DNA of 58,947 nucleotides, the filler included, from Basidiobolus ranarum (Eukaryota), in assembly GCA_040143965.1 (NCBI GenBank). It is 3 parts of 3 records of this genome, joined end to end, with 100 filler letters (N's around TTAATTAATTAA, not from the genome) between each part and the next. Parts side by side here need not be neighbours in the genome. Positions count along the whole stretch, not along the records: positions 1 to 19,642 come from JASJQH010000245.1; 2 more parts are not named here. The stretch is one strand, 5' to 3'. The translations under genes and the position numbers were made by a program. The notes under the pieces were generated by a model that was not told the DNA's origin, made no database searches, and was given only the letters and a program-made list of their open reading frames with translations. This document shows, piece by piece, positions 1 through 13,681 of this stretch. How positions within the stretch are numbered: the stretch's first letter is position 1; the number at the start of each line of letters is the position of its first letter.

Positions 1-1
1 A

Positions 2-453
2 GAGTGGCACAATATTGCAGGGTATCTGCCAGATAGCTGGAAGAATGTTCATTCAGCAACATTAATACAATGGTGGACTTTGATGGAGATATTGATACAA
101 ACTTGTGTTGGATATGAGCTAAACCTTGGGTATGAAGAACTCTATAAAAATATTCAGGAGAATATATTGAAGAAACTAGGAATCTCAAAGGTGACAAATT
201 AGCATTCAAGTGGTAAATGTGTAAAATTTGAGTTATGTTTTTTGCACATGCATTGATCCATAGTTTGCTGAGATTGTAGCCAATCATGTGCAACCATTTT
301 GCAAGATCTTGAAATCTCACTCCTGAAACTGAAAAAATTGATTAAAATCAAATCTAACTTGACAATTTTATGACAGTAAGTCAACAGTCAATCCCAAATG
401 GATTAAAATTGTGACAGTTTTCCTACAATGACAATCCTCAAATTTCTGTTAGG
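2..453 (+). repeat. Degenerate direct repeat, copy 1 (cut by window start); copy 2 at about 1666-2114
   Basis: GAGTGGCACAATAT at 2 and 1666, alignable through CTGTTAGG at about 446-453 and 2107-2114 (offset about 1664). Many mismatches are CA versus TG. Confidence 0.9.
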
Positions 454-1665
454 GGGCTATTTAGCCTATACAGCAACCCAAAATTGCTTTGGCATATTAA
501 AATACAAATCTCTTACAATAACCAGCAAACCAAAAGACTCTCTGTTGGATAATTAATCTTTATTCAACATCATAGTTAACTTTAGTTATAAGACATATAT
601 TGGCAGCAGAAAGCAACATATCTGTAGCCCCTATATTCTAAAGAGGAATATCTCTATATCAATATAACAAGTATGTCTTAGTAACTCCACTTATCTATTA
701 TATCTTATTACACAAACTCCTTAATATCTAAAACAATTGATTTACTTTTCAACTATATAAGTCACCTTTTATTCTAAAGAATAAAGTAACTAAAGACACT
801 ATCATAAGTTGCTTCAAATATCCAAAGTCTACCCCCATTATGTCAAGATCCTCCAACACTCTCAATGTCAGAGCTGCTGTCATGTGCTCTGATGATGAAT
901 GGTTTAATATCTGGAAACTGTGTGGAATCTTGCCCAACATCACCTTGTTTTGAGCCAATCATGGAAAAATTAAAGGCCAGCATTACTCAGAAGGTCTCAA
1001 CTTATTTTGTGTGGCTTATCCTGGGTTTTTGCAAGCAATGGCATTTGGGCTAGTATAGGCCTATTCATGAAACACCTCAAAAATGTATGCAATCATGAAC
1101 TTGGAAAAGAAAGACAAGCAGTTCAAGAAGTATTCAAGGAGTAGGAAGTTAGTGAACCCAAGGGAAAAGCAAAGAAGCAAGTGAGTTTAGGCTCTACTGC
1201 CCTACTTACCAAATTCTTTACACCATTACAAAGATCTGTATTTACAGAGCCTGATGTACCAGCAGATATACTGGCAAAAGGCTTAATTTTACCATCCAAC
1301 TAAGTATACCAGTTGGAATAGTGCAAAAATTGGAAGTTTATCCAACACCTGGCACCTCTCAATAAGCTAAAACACCAGCAAAGGAAACCCACTGCTCTCC
1401 TACCCCAACTGATACTTTTCAAAGTGTTCAAATTAGCCCCAAACGTAAAGGCAAGCAAAGAGCCATCCAAACACTGCAAAACACACTGATTAGTGTAATA
1501 CTAGAAGGATGTATAAAAATAGTAAAAGTGCTTGAAGAGTATTTTTAAAAATATAATGGGAAAAATGCAGTGCACATATATGGAAAGTGGCTTCAGAAGA
1601 AGAACATTCAACTTGATATTCAGTCTGGTGTTGACCATGCAAATATCTGGCAAGAACTTAATACT

Positions 1666-2114
1666 GAGTGGCACAATATCACTGGATATTGGCCAGATAG
1701 CTTGAAGAATGTTGATTCAACAACATTAATACAATGGTGAGCTTTGATGGAGATATTGATAAAAACAGGTGTTAGAAATAAGCTAAACCTTGGGTTTGAA
1801 GAACTCTATAAAATATGCTGGAGAATATACCAAAAAAACTAGGGATTTTGATGGTGACAAATTAGTGTTCAAGTGGTGAATATGTAAAATTTGAGTGACA
1901 TTTTTTGCACATGTATTAATTCATAGTTATCTGAGATTATAGCATGGCATGTGCAACTATTTTGCAAGATCTTGAAATTGATTCCTGAAACTGAAAAAAT
2001 TGATTAAAATCAAATCTAACTTGAGGATTTATGATGGGAAGTAAATGGTCAATCCAAAATGGATTAAAATTGTGATGGGATTCTTTCAATAACAATACTC
2101 AAAGTTCTGTTAGG
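1666..2114 (+). repeat. Degenerate direct repeat, copy 2
   Basis: Aligns by eye to 2-453, e.g. shared GCAAGATCTTGAAAT and GAAACTGAAAAAATTGATTAAAATCAAATCTAACTTGA. Confidence 0.9.
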
Positions 2115-5100
2115 AAAATAGATGGAATCCAGGATGCAGATTGTAGAAATAAGATTGAATTGCTTCTTATGGATTTGCTTTAGAAAATAGCATAGAAATC
2201 TTGAAGGAATACCTTTGGGCAATCCAGCAAAAGCAGCTAAAAGCCAAGTTGACAGTATTTTTATGGTTTTCTGATAGTTTTCTGCTAATTTGATCAGAAT
2301 CCAGTCAAGGTCATCTGGGATTAATTAACTGTGCCACCCTATTTATGATGGGATTTTCATTGCAACATAAGATTCAGCAGAATGTTTGCCAATTTCTCTC
2401 TGTTATTGGGACTTGCATTTCTCATGGGGATTGACTATAGAACTTTCAGCATCAGTGATAGAATAAATGGCTAGTTGTAAGGCAATAATGGATGGTATAA
2501 TGTTGCAATGACTTCTAAAGTGTTTGGACTATTCCAAAATTCACCAACTTACTGTATATTTCAAGTTAATCCAAGTAGTACTGGATTAGGTATAAATACC
2601 ATGTTTTATGCTATAAGTTTGCACATGGATATTGGACATCATTCTGCTTGAGAGACTATAGAAAATAGTATATTAACTTGCCTTCTTGCTCTGCAGTCAG
2701 CATACTTGCTGATATATTAATCAAATAGTTATTTAGACCAAAATTTAGCCTTGACATAAGATTATTTTGTATGACTATTTAGTTATTGCTGTATGTTGAA
2801 ATCAGCATAGCCTAGAGATATATAGAGTCCCATATAGCTTAGCTGTTTGTTTATTTCATATTTCACCAAGTTATAACTCACTTTTCTCATTTGATATTTA
2901 CTTAAAAATATTTCTGCCAACTTGAAAGTTAGCAGATATATTCCTTCAGGCCCTGAGCTTAGCACACATGTTCCTGGTACCTTGCCCAGCACTTTCTACA
3001 TACTGATTTTCTTACTATTAACGAAATTATAAATGTCAACTCTCTTCTCAATGATTGATACATGAAAACAATCAATCCTTTTAGCTCTCCTATCCGCATC
3101 AAGAAAATGCCAAAATATTTCAACAACACTCACCATATTTGTTTAAACATAAAGCAAGAAAGTATCATAAGTTGTGTCTGAGTAATAAAATAAAATTAAG
3201 CGTTGCGATGCATCATAGAGTATCTTTTGACTATCAAAGTTCAGCTAAAGCACATGGCATAGCTCTTTAAGTAGCTGCTGCTATGTGTCATCCATTATAT
3301 TTGTGATATTTTTAAAACAGCCATCTTTCATTGCTGGTATTTCATATCAGAACATCGATCCGTGTCAAGTATATCTTAAGGAAAAGAAACCAAATACCTA
3401 GTCTTCTGAAGAAATATATATTTGTAGTATATTTATGCTGAAATTACACTTCTCTTAATTTCGAAATGCTTCTACAATTGCATTACCAATGGGCTGTTTA
3501 GCAACGATTCCAAGAATGTAGTAGCACTTGATTGGAATTTCAGAGAAACGTTCGATTAATAGAAGAGAGCACTCTACGACAGATACAGATATCCTCGCTA
3601 TGTAGAAAAAGTAGGACATATCAAAAGGAGGCACGTACATGAGATGCTTCGACCTTCTATTCAGCAAATGATTAGACAGTGAGATATGAATTAATATATT
3701 TACACTAAAAAAAGTGGATCGAGGCCAGATTGATAACACCACATGTTACAGGAGAAAACACTTGGCTACTCCATTTAAGGTAGTAAATTCAGGTTGACAG
3801 ACACAACATTTCATTTGAATGGAAGTATGAAAAGAAATTACAATATGAAAATGAGACATCAGATCTAGCCAGAGTCATCATACAATCCCAAGATCAAACA
3901 TTAGCTATACTTCTTGTTGGCTGTAGAAAGTGATTACTGTTGGATTTATCATAATAGGCGAAAGTGATCCCCTGATCCTCCACAAGTAACGAGGACTTCA
4001 ATGTCGTTTGTTGCTTTGAGAATTCCGACCAAACAAACCATCCAGTTAGAATGGTGAGATGATAGCAACCACTTGTGAGCACATTTTATACTTCGTAACT
4101 GATGAACTCATGCCATCCCTGCCTGCATGGCACTAAAAACTGCATTTCACTGAATAAGTAACAAGTGCTTTTCACCAGACACCCCACCGGCTCTTCCTAT
4201 ACGCAGCACCAACGCAATTACATGAGCTTTCACTACGAACCAACGAAGTGAAAAAGTTACAGTCAATTCAAAAGATGCATACTTGCCTATCAAACTGGTT
4301 TTGAACCTCATCTATCTGTACACATTTAGTTCCAAGCCAATTGCTTGGCTTTAGGAATCATTCACTCAGCTGTTGAAATCCCCGACTCAGATTGATTAAG
4401 TTCTCCCCAATGAATGCCGGCGTTTTTTTCCACGTAAATAGTGGATACTTTGCTTCCCAGTCCACACGCACCTTTATTGACGAATTACTCCGCTGTAGTT
4501 TCGAATTTCCAGTTGCTAATGGTGTTGTACGGATTTCACAAGCTGGTGTTGTTACTGATGACAATTGGGGCTCGATTAGGCATGAGGTGTGTTGATTCGA
4601 GTAGCCATATATTGATAGAGTGATATATTGGTGTTCGGGTTGATATTCACATTGGCTGCTGCACAGCAATGTTTAGAAATGAAAACTATTCAAGTCTCAT
4701 ATTTGACTAGACACCAAAGTCAGTTGAATAACCACTTCTCGTCATAGCCTGCATCATAGCTCTGCAAACTGAATCAGTTCTAAGAATCTTAAATCCTGGA
4801 ATGTCTGAAGTAGCTTATGCAAGATGCTTCTTGTGAGATCAATACCACTACTGCGAGTTAGATATTTTTGTGAGTGAGACTGTCTCGTTCAGTCATTACA
4901 CAATGCTAAACGTATGTAAACATTTGGTCAATCGCTCAGATATCGAATCATTCTATAGGTACCATCTTCACCATATAATATGCGTGGATCACTATGTCCC
5001 ATATTCCATTACTTGGTAAGGCAGATGGCAAAACCATCACGATCTGTGGATTGGCTCGTGTCGTAGCAGATTCCAGTAAAGGGAAATTCCCGCAGTAGGG

Positions 5101-5710
5101 CTCCCTAGACCAGCCAGCTCCATGGGATTGACCCTCTCCTCGGAATCCATTCTATTGAGAGTACCAACTGAGACTGAAAACGCCAACTACTGGCCAGATA
5201 ATAAGGTACTTAATGCGAACAAACGGGTTTGGATATATCGCACCATAACATCGTTTAAACCCGAATCTGAGCATTTTGATCGTGTCCAATGGCAGCCAAC
5301 ATAGCCCGACTATCTTTGTGGTTATTTTATAATCGTTATAATTGATCAAGTGAAAGGCCTCGATTTAGCTCAGGTGAGCAGTGGAATGGCAGTGCTCCTC
5401 AGAACAGAACTGATAAGAGCAAGGGGAAGTGGAATGTCAGAAGATCTGGGAGTGGGAACATTTCATCAAGTCCGACCCATAGATTAAGATGTCATGGAAA
5501 ACTTCATTATCAGCCATCAACATACAAGTATTTGCCCACTTCGATTGCCCAACCACCCCCTAGCTCCGGTCCGAAGAAGCAACGGAAGAAAAGCACCAGG
5601 TCATACGAAGCTGAGCTGGGCTCGATGTTTCCAATGTTATTGCGCAATCAACATATGAAGCATTCCTTCGAGTCTACTATCACTATCACCATGGCAATGG
5701 CAGTGGTTAG

Positions 5711-5745
5711 GATGGGATGCGATGGGATGGGATGGGATGCGATGG
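5711..5745. repeat. (GATGG/GATGC)7 pentanucleotide microsatellite
   Basis: gatgggatgcgatgggatgggatgggatgcgatgg read directly. Confidence 0.9.
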
Positions 5746-6303
5746 CACTGGATATGTGGGCTCTTGGCAGGATCCGTAAGACGCTCTGAATTACTCATCT
5801 CTTTGATGATCGATGCCATATCTCATGGTATATTAAGATGGGTTAATTCAGTGTGACCAAGCTTAACTGACGTATGATTGGATGATCTTCCTACAGTCAG
5901 CATAAAAGTCAACTGGTTTTAAAAAGATCAAATGGGTTGGTAGTTTTTACCTCATATGCACTTTGATTTAAAAAGCTCCATACAGCAAATCCAATGAATA
6001 TACAACATTGGCTTGGTCACCGGGAAATTGCAGAACACTGGGATTACTTAAAATTGGTGGGACTTAGTTAGTGGAGATCCATATATTCTTCATAAATACC
6101 ATTTATGTCTCCTCATTGCTGCTCGCTTGATCCGATTCAACATCAACTCTAATCTGAGCCCCAGGAACCTCTATATAAATACTGGGCAATCTTTCGCATT
6201 GACACATATTCCATCTTCTATTCTTACTCATTTGGACGAGTTTAAATATATCCGGTCATAGCAAGGAAGCTTCGAAACGAACTGTTGAATATATCCTCAT
6301 ATC

Positions 6304-7176
6304 ATGAATGTTAATCCCATGTCAGCACCTCTCCCCTCTCAAGAATCATCTTCTACTCCTAAAAAAAGACAGGTGAGAGGTCGTAATGGTGAACCACATA
6401 AACCTAAAATCTTTCAATGCACATTTGGTGTCTGTCGCATGGTTTTCACTAGGTCTGAACACCTGGCAAGGCACGAGCGTAAGCACACAGGAGAAAAACC
6501 TTTCCAGTGTATAATTCCCAACTGTAGCAGAATATTTAGTAGGTTTGATAACATGATGCAACATGTACAAACACATAGTAGTAGAACAGGAAAGCCCCCG
6601 CTTTCTGGCTTAATGACAAGCTTATCATCTGGAAGTCGGAGAAAAAACTCCACTAAATCTAGTAACAGTGACTCTACTAACTTATCGAATACTTCCAACC
6701 TCATCGAATCCATGGGAATCAACCTACTGCCGAGTCAGCCATTACTTCCTCCTTTTCAGCCTACTATGGATTCTCTATTTTATCATAAGCTATCACCCAT
6801 TACGGAGCTTAAGTCACTAGACATGTTCGAATCCATTTCAGCCGGAAACAATATCTTGAAACGCAGGTTCTCTCAACCAACCGCCATTGCTTACAACCAT
6901 GATTTCCCATCGTTGAAACGGCGCTTCTCCCTTGATCCAAGTCTTTTGAAAAGTGAAGAACTAACAAGCCATTGCAGTATGTCTACTTTTAGTCATCCTG
7001 CTGCTACCCCATCAAATCATGTTACCCCCCGTTCGCAACACAGACTATCTTCAGTTAGCGAAGAGGAGCCCAGTATCATACATACCCTTGGTAACTCTCC
7101 CAATGATACCGAAACCTCCTGCAAACGGGGATTCCCTCGGCGACTCTCGGTCATGGACATGTGCAACTACTCGTAA
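6304..7176 (+). CDS. C2H2 zinc-finger transcription factor (two fingers, Usv1/Rgm1/NsdC-like), intronless, 290 aa
   Basis: [63 protein letters not shown] at about 6172; Ser-rich tail ending [10 protein letters not shown]. Confidence 0.92.
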   Translation: MNVNPMSAPLPSQESSSTPKKRQVRGRNGEPHKPKIFQCTFGVCRMVFTRSEHLARHERKHTGEKPFQCIIPNCSRIFSRFDNMMQHVQTHSSRTGKPPLSGLMTSLSSGSRRKNSTKSSNSDSTNLSNTSNLIESMGINLLPSQPLLPPFQPTMDSLFYHKLSPITELKSLDMFESISAGNNILKRRFSQPTAIAYNHDFPSLKRRFSLDPSLLKSEELTSHCSMSTFSHPAATPSNHVTPRSQHRLSSVSEEEPSIIHTLGNSPNDTETSCKRGFPRRLSVMDMCNYS

Positions 7177-10100
7177 TTTCAAGTTATTTGTACATATAAG
7201 CGACATGATATGATTTGTGAAGTTCATCGACCACGCTAAATATCGGGTACCGTCATTTGTCTAATTCAGTTAATCAAGAGATTTTGTGAACTGTATAACA
7301 CGAAAAAGTCCGTTTAAGTAATCTTGTAGATATATATATACTCTCTGTTCTTTGCCTGAAAAATTCCTTTATTTTTATCCGTATGCTAGCTCATACCACA
7401 CCAGAAAAGCAATGGCTTTAAAAGAGATTTCTTTCAGCATGAAGAAGTTTCAACCCAATCTCTCGTTATTGTATGAAATAAACTATCCGAAGACCTATAT
7501 CTTTGGGCCACATTTAACATCAACTACCCTCGCCAAGATGTAATTATCAACGATATAAATGATGTGTATAGCTTACTTGCTACTAACAGGTCTTCCACTG
7601 AAAATGACAAAAAACTACATCCACTGTACCAACCATGGTTGCATACGATTTTTCCATTCGAACCGAGACAGTATATATCAGTCAGTAAATCAGCCCTCCA
7701 TAATATTCTCATATACTGAGGCCTGTTTCGCGACCGGCTGAAGTCTCGAATACAGTTGATTACAACTTAGTGATGGACCTAACATTTATCTCAAAATAGT
7801 GTGGTGTAGCGGCTACCCCAGAAAATTCGATGCAAAAATTCTTTCCAGATGTGATAAGTTACGATGCGGTCACACGAAACATCCACAGTTACAGTTCAAC
7901 TAAGCAGCCTGAAAGCCCATGGAAAACCCGTGGTCGGGGAAATACGGGGATTCAAAAAAATTCGCGAATATTACCAATTGTCCGCTCATTGCTACTTAAT
8001 TGTTGTTCCAGCTTAGCAACTGCAGGCCAGGGATTCAAGGATAGCCATACTTCAACAATATGACTATCCTTTCTCCATTAATGATCGTACAATGGTCATC
8101 ATTATAGTTGAAGTAACAGATGAGTTCCAAATTACGTAATGGCCTCGAGTCAATGGACCTGAAAGGCCAAATAAAATGCCGATTTGATGCAATTATTGGA
8201 TAGGTCTCAAATCGGTATTTCACTTCATTGAGAATATTTCGTGGAAAATGCGACACCTTATTGACAAATACAGCTTCTGTAACCGGTATCCGGTTTCCCT
8301 TCTCCTTTCACCGTAGTCATGACCATTGACGTCTAAGCCGCATCACCATCCGTCATTAGCATATCTGCTGTTGTACATACTCGTATCTACAGAACCATGC
8401 TACTAAGCCATCCCGGACGCAAGACCTACTCGTTGTCAACTGGGGAAATGGTGAAGACTTAAACTCGTATTTGCCGAGGAATATACTTGCAGATGTCAGT
8501 TTATACTACAATCATTCCTCAATTCAACTATGACGTCACCGAGCCCTTCCAGATTGGTTGATGAATCACAAGAGATGAGGATCATACGTGACAATATGAA
8601 CCAGAATGAATTCTGACCCACCGAAATAACCAAACAAAAGGCATCAAAGCCCCCTTTTAGGCGCAGTAACTTTCATGAATAACACGCATTTGACTCATAT
8701 ATATCGAGCAGATGACTCCCTTCGAATCAAGTTACTTACTAAACATCTTCAAGGTACGACATAGCCTTAGTCACATTTTACAATGAATATCTAATGAGTT
8801 ATGCTCGTAGAGATTGCTCCCCATACTTGTTTCGGAATGGTTATTGATTTTCATCTTTTTTGGTATACTATTGAATATCAACTGACTTGGTATGCCAATC
8901 TCGTCTGCGCATGGGGAATGATGCCAATAGTACATTATTATGCCATGGGCCAAGCCGCCCAACCAAGCAGTAGACTTGTAGTTGGACCCGCCTAGACCTT
9001 GATTTTTATGCTTTGTGAGAGCTCCAACGCTGAGGATGATAAGGCCTGACTTGACAACAGCCGTACAAAAGCGGTTGTGGTATACTGATCACTGAGCTAT
9101 AGACTCATAGCCACTACTGCAATGCAACCCAACGCAACACGCGCTCCGACAACCTCCATCACTCTGTCTTTGTCCATATCCATCCTGACCCAATCTCCCG
9201 CATCAACAGTCCGAGGAACCATATTTTGGGATTTTTAGGACTGTAAGTTAGGGCACAGATTAAACATAGGCCCCAATGGCTTAGCTTGTCCCCCCGGTAT
9301 TACCTGGTTGCCATTCCAGGCACTAATGGTTATAATATAATATATTGTAACTCATCTCAAGCTTAATATTGGTTAGAATCTATCCAAAAGCAGCCTCCGA
9401 TAATGAAAGCACATTCTCATCGCCGCTAATATCCTTTTAGATGAAAACCGGATTAGAGTGGGATTTATTGTTAGGGTGATCAACTGATATCTGTTCTATG
9501 ACCTAAGTATAGTATATTTTATCCTCAGTATTTTCGCATTGCACTAGAGGAAAGGAATCAGGACGCCATCAACCGGATGTATCCCAATCTCGCATCAGCC
9601 CAGCCAATGGGTTGTTCAACCATATTTCAGGGGAAATCTTGGTACCATCGTTGCCACTTTTGGAGTCTTGGATTTTTTACAACAAACATGCATGTATATA
9701 TATATGCCAGACCTTTATTCCCTCCGATCCCATTTGGGATGAGGCCACTTGGGTTAGTTGTTCCCCAGGCCTGATTTTCTTTTGTTCCGCTGGCTTATTT
9801 GGCTGATACTTCTCCTTAAAAAAACAAGATCATGTACCAGTCAATCCCTGCGTAGTCACACGGATGGAGCATCTTCATCAACGCTCATTCCTCTGCATTT
9901 AGTAAACTTGGGCCGTTGGTCAATGCCGGAATGGGACTGAAGAGTGGATTTACTTGGAGCTTCGTGAGTTGGTGTTTCAAAGCTTAGGATCTGGTCACTT
10001 TCATGTGAAAAAGAATCATCGCTCCAGAACGTTTGTTGTAGTCAGTCTTGATTCACGGATCGGGATTTTGTTAGCAGATTGATTGTTGACAAGCGTTCAC

Positions 10101-13100
10101 AATGGAACAGTGTGAAATAGATGTGGGTTTCCTTGGAGCTCGGTTGATGGGGCATGTATTCACAGAGTGATAAAACATGTCTTGGTCTGCTCCTTACTTT
10201 GTTATTCACCCCTTTGAGCATCTAGAACTTGATTGATGGATGAGGTCTTCTCTTACCTAATGATGCTTTCGTGACCGATGCTGACAATTTTATCTCATCC
10301 TCATCCAATCAGTGGTCCTACTTGGATTGAATCATTTGTAGTAAGAATTTGATACGCAAAATTTCATCTATTCCTGGGAATATTTGCCAACAAGGTGCAA
10401 TCTGTTCCTTATTGAATGATTGTGTTAACTATTCGAAAACTTGTTTATCTCCAACACAATATATACATATGAATGACCTCAAACACACTTAGCTTACCCG
10501 TCAGATTGATAATGGATTAGCCTAGTTGGGGCGTAGAAACCTTTTGGCACTCGATTGTAAATGGCGTTGAATAAGAAAAGGTCCTGAATCAGTGATACAA
10601 AGGGGTTAGAAAACCATCTTTAACACAACACTGACAGACTGTACGGTTCCAGCATCGTTTACTACAATCCATTGTACTATGGAGTATCTTACGTGATTTA
10701 TCATCATCTCACTCTACTAGGCAATGTTTCCAACCGATTAATTTGTAACAATCCCGAGAGATTAACCATAGAATGGGAAGGCCTTATAGATGATACATGG
10801 TAACTTCCGATCATCCGACACCCGACACTACCGTCACTTCAAATTTACGTAATATTCTGATGAGTAACTTGGCTATTCTAGACAGATTCAGAAAGTCGAA
10901 CAAAAGAATGTTCTCTTTCCACTAGATGTGCTTAGATGTTTGTCAACAGCGACTCTAACCAGACAAACAGCAGGCAAATATGAGGACACCTTGACTCAAC
11001 ACTGTGTTTCGTTAGTGGATGCTGTTAGACTTTGTAGTATTAGCAGTGATATCCTCATGAACATCCCCCACATTTACAGTACAGGAAGTATTACGTGATC
11101 TCATTACTAGGGTTATTTCAGTAGCAAAGTATTTTCAGCAGGATGCACTCATGAAGATCCCCCTTGAATATCAAGTATCCGTTGAAAGAATTTCTAATTT
11201 TCCGTGATCCAATGTGATTCAATGGAATGGAACGGTTAGGTTAGGTTTGGTTGAGAACCAGACGAAATGGCTTATAAATCACCAAAGCTACAAAAGGTTT
11301 TAGAATGGGGAACTTGCATTGTTCATAGGTACTGGTGGCTTGTTTCTTAAAGTGATTACGTTCCAAGTGTGTCATTTAACTTGAAGTCAACCCATTGATT
11401 AAAAGGTGTAACAAATAGACTGAGTTATATTACTCCAGATCAGGTTCTCAGTGAGTAAATACTCGGTGATTCAAGAGTGAACAAGCAAAACCAGTGGGAT
11501 TGGAAATTTTCTAGCCTATTGATGCCAAGAATTTCGGTACACGGCAAGTACCATATGCATCTCTTCAAGTCCCACATGTTACTTTACGAGGCTGAGTTTT
11601 TTGTTGTATGTTGCACTGATATGTTCAAATTTCATTCTACCAATTGATTTCAATTCTAATCCTGATGGTTACTATTAGAATGGGGCCGGAGTTTCCCAAT
11701 GTACATGTTCAGTTATATTAAATGCAGAGATGAAATATCCATGAATACTGGATTGACCAAACTCCAAAGAACAGTTACCATGGTGAAATCAGATATTTGC
11801 ACCACATCTCACTACTTGTAGTGAAGATCCAATTCCTATCTCATATTTCTATCTTCATAGTTAGCACCTCTATGTACTATAATGTGGTGTTATACAGTTT
11901 GGATCAAAACTGCAAGCCCCACACCTCCAGCAAAGATTGATACTTCTGCTACATACCAAATTTCCGGTGGTTCCCGAATCATGGCTCCTCATGTATTGGG
12001 AATGCCGATTCGTTTCGTTCTCAGAGTATACTAAACAATACACAGCCGATGATTTTCCATGAAAATACTTACAATGGAAGAATTGATTAGTGTGCTCAAA
12101 TAGTTTTAATATTTTGGATTGGAAATGTCTTGATTTACCGAAATGAAGGAATCTCATCAGAGTGCCAAGAAAGTTTATTATAGTCTGTGAAGGTGAATGG
12201 TGGTATTTTGCAGAGAACCCTCTGTTACCTCATTGTAAGCAATATTTGCTTTCACCATCAACATTGAGTGTGTTGGTTTGATTATACTGAAAATATGTTA
12301 TTCAAGCCTTGGTTTACTTTGGGAATATCTAGAAATCAATCATAGGATATGACCAAGCCACTGATATTATTTCTTTCAACCACATACTATCTGTCAGCAG
12401 TGTGTAAAATAGGCATCATTAAAAAGTATAGTATTTCAGGGAGATTGATAGAGTAGAGTGCTAGGGCATAGAAGATGCCAATATTAAAGAAGCATCATTT
12501 AACACTTAGACCAGGGAATTATTATTTTCCCAGTATACATACGTCATTAAGAGGTAGATGGTGTGCAATATAATGGAACAGCTGAGTTCATCATCCAGTA
12601 GATAAGACGTTACGAGAGGAGTTAAAAATTAACTAAATACGATTTGCTACTGAAATATCTGAAGATTATATGTACAAATCATCTACGGAATACTTATTTC
12701 TACTACACTAAATATGTTGTTTAATGTGACCATCGGATCAAATATATACGCCGTTTTCAGGTGGTTTCTAGTGGTGGGTATTATAGATTCTTTTGCTTGA
12801 CAATAGAGAGTGAAATTACCGTTCTTACTCTTTATAATTGGAAATAGAAACGTGGGCAGAATTCATGAATCAACAATATATCCAATGCTTTTATTTCCAT
12901 TGTATTACAGTATTCAAACAGGCTACGCGGTTCGCGCTGCTTCAATAATTTACTATTTTTGGGTATATATTCTATTGTCGTTTCAATCCAATAGGTCACT
13001 TCAACCATAGTTACTTAAATTAAGCTTGATGTTTTTGTATATCCGTTGCTTCTATACACAAAAGACATCTTCCCTAATGGAATCATTTACTGCCCGTTCC

Positions 13101-13161
13101 ACTTTACTTAGAACTCTTCAAGGATAAATAAATGGATTCATCGAAATTCTTTCTAAAAGTG

Positions 13162-13234
13162 GTGATGACGAAATGGTGCGGTCCGATCTAGTCCAGTTGC
13201 GCTGGAGCATAACTACCATCTCAACAGGGGCTGA
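13162..13234 (+). ncRNA. Candidate box C/D snoRNA
   Basis: Box C GTGATGA 13162-13168, box D CTGA 13231-13234, and CTCAACAGGG (13220-13229) complementary to the conserved LSU rRNA tract CCCUGUUGAG. No clear terminal stem. Confidence 0.35.
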
Positions 13235-13681
13235 TCCAGCTCCGAACTGCTTTAGAATCTTTTATTTCAGATTATGCGAGTATTTCGGAATGTGATTGAA
13301 CCATATGGAGACTGGCCGTTCGGGTATAGATCGGTTTATTTGTAAAAAGTAATTGCGAAGGCGTACCATATCATTCCATCACGCTTACGTCATTGATATG
13401 TGATTGTGGGCTTGAAACGAATATGCTTTATTGCGACTCAAATAATTTTAAATACAAGGCTTACTGAGAAGTTGCCAATGATAATACCGACGGCGATGGG
13501 GGGGGAGTGATCGAAGTTATACGAATGTGGTTCCTGAGATGTATACTTCGTGTATAAAATCTAATGTATATGGTATTATTATGAAAGTTGAAATGGACAC
13601 AACACTGTAGTTGTGGTACAGCATGGTAGAAGTGGAACATGTGGAACAAGATAGGAAGCTGTAATTAAGGGAAATTGGTAT

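Larger units (their letters stand above)
1..3020 (+). mobile_element. Decayed, CpG-depleted repeat or transposon remnant with a broken ORF; family not recognised
   Basis: Only one CpG seen in 1-3020 (at 1444). A + frame from about 1321-1810 reads as protein (…SPKRKGKQRAIQTL…WQELNTEWHNITGYWPDS…) broken by TAA/TGA codons that could derive from CAA/CGA. No RT or transposase motif recognised. Confidence 0.55.
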
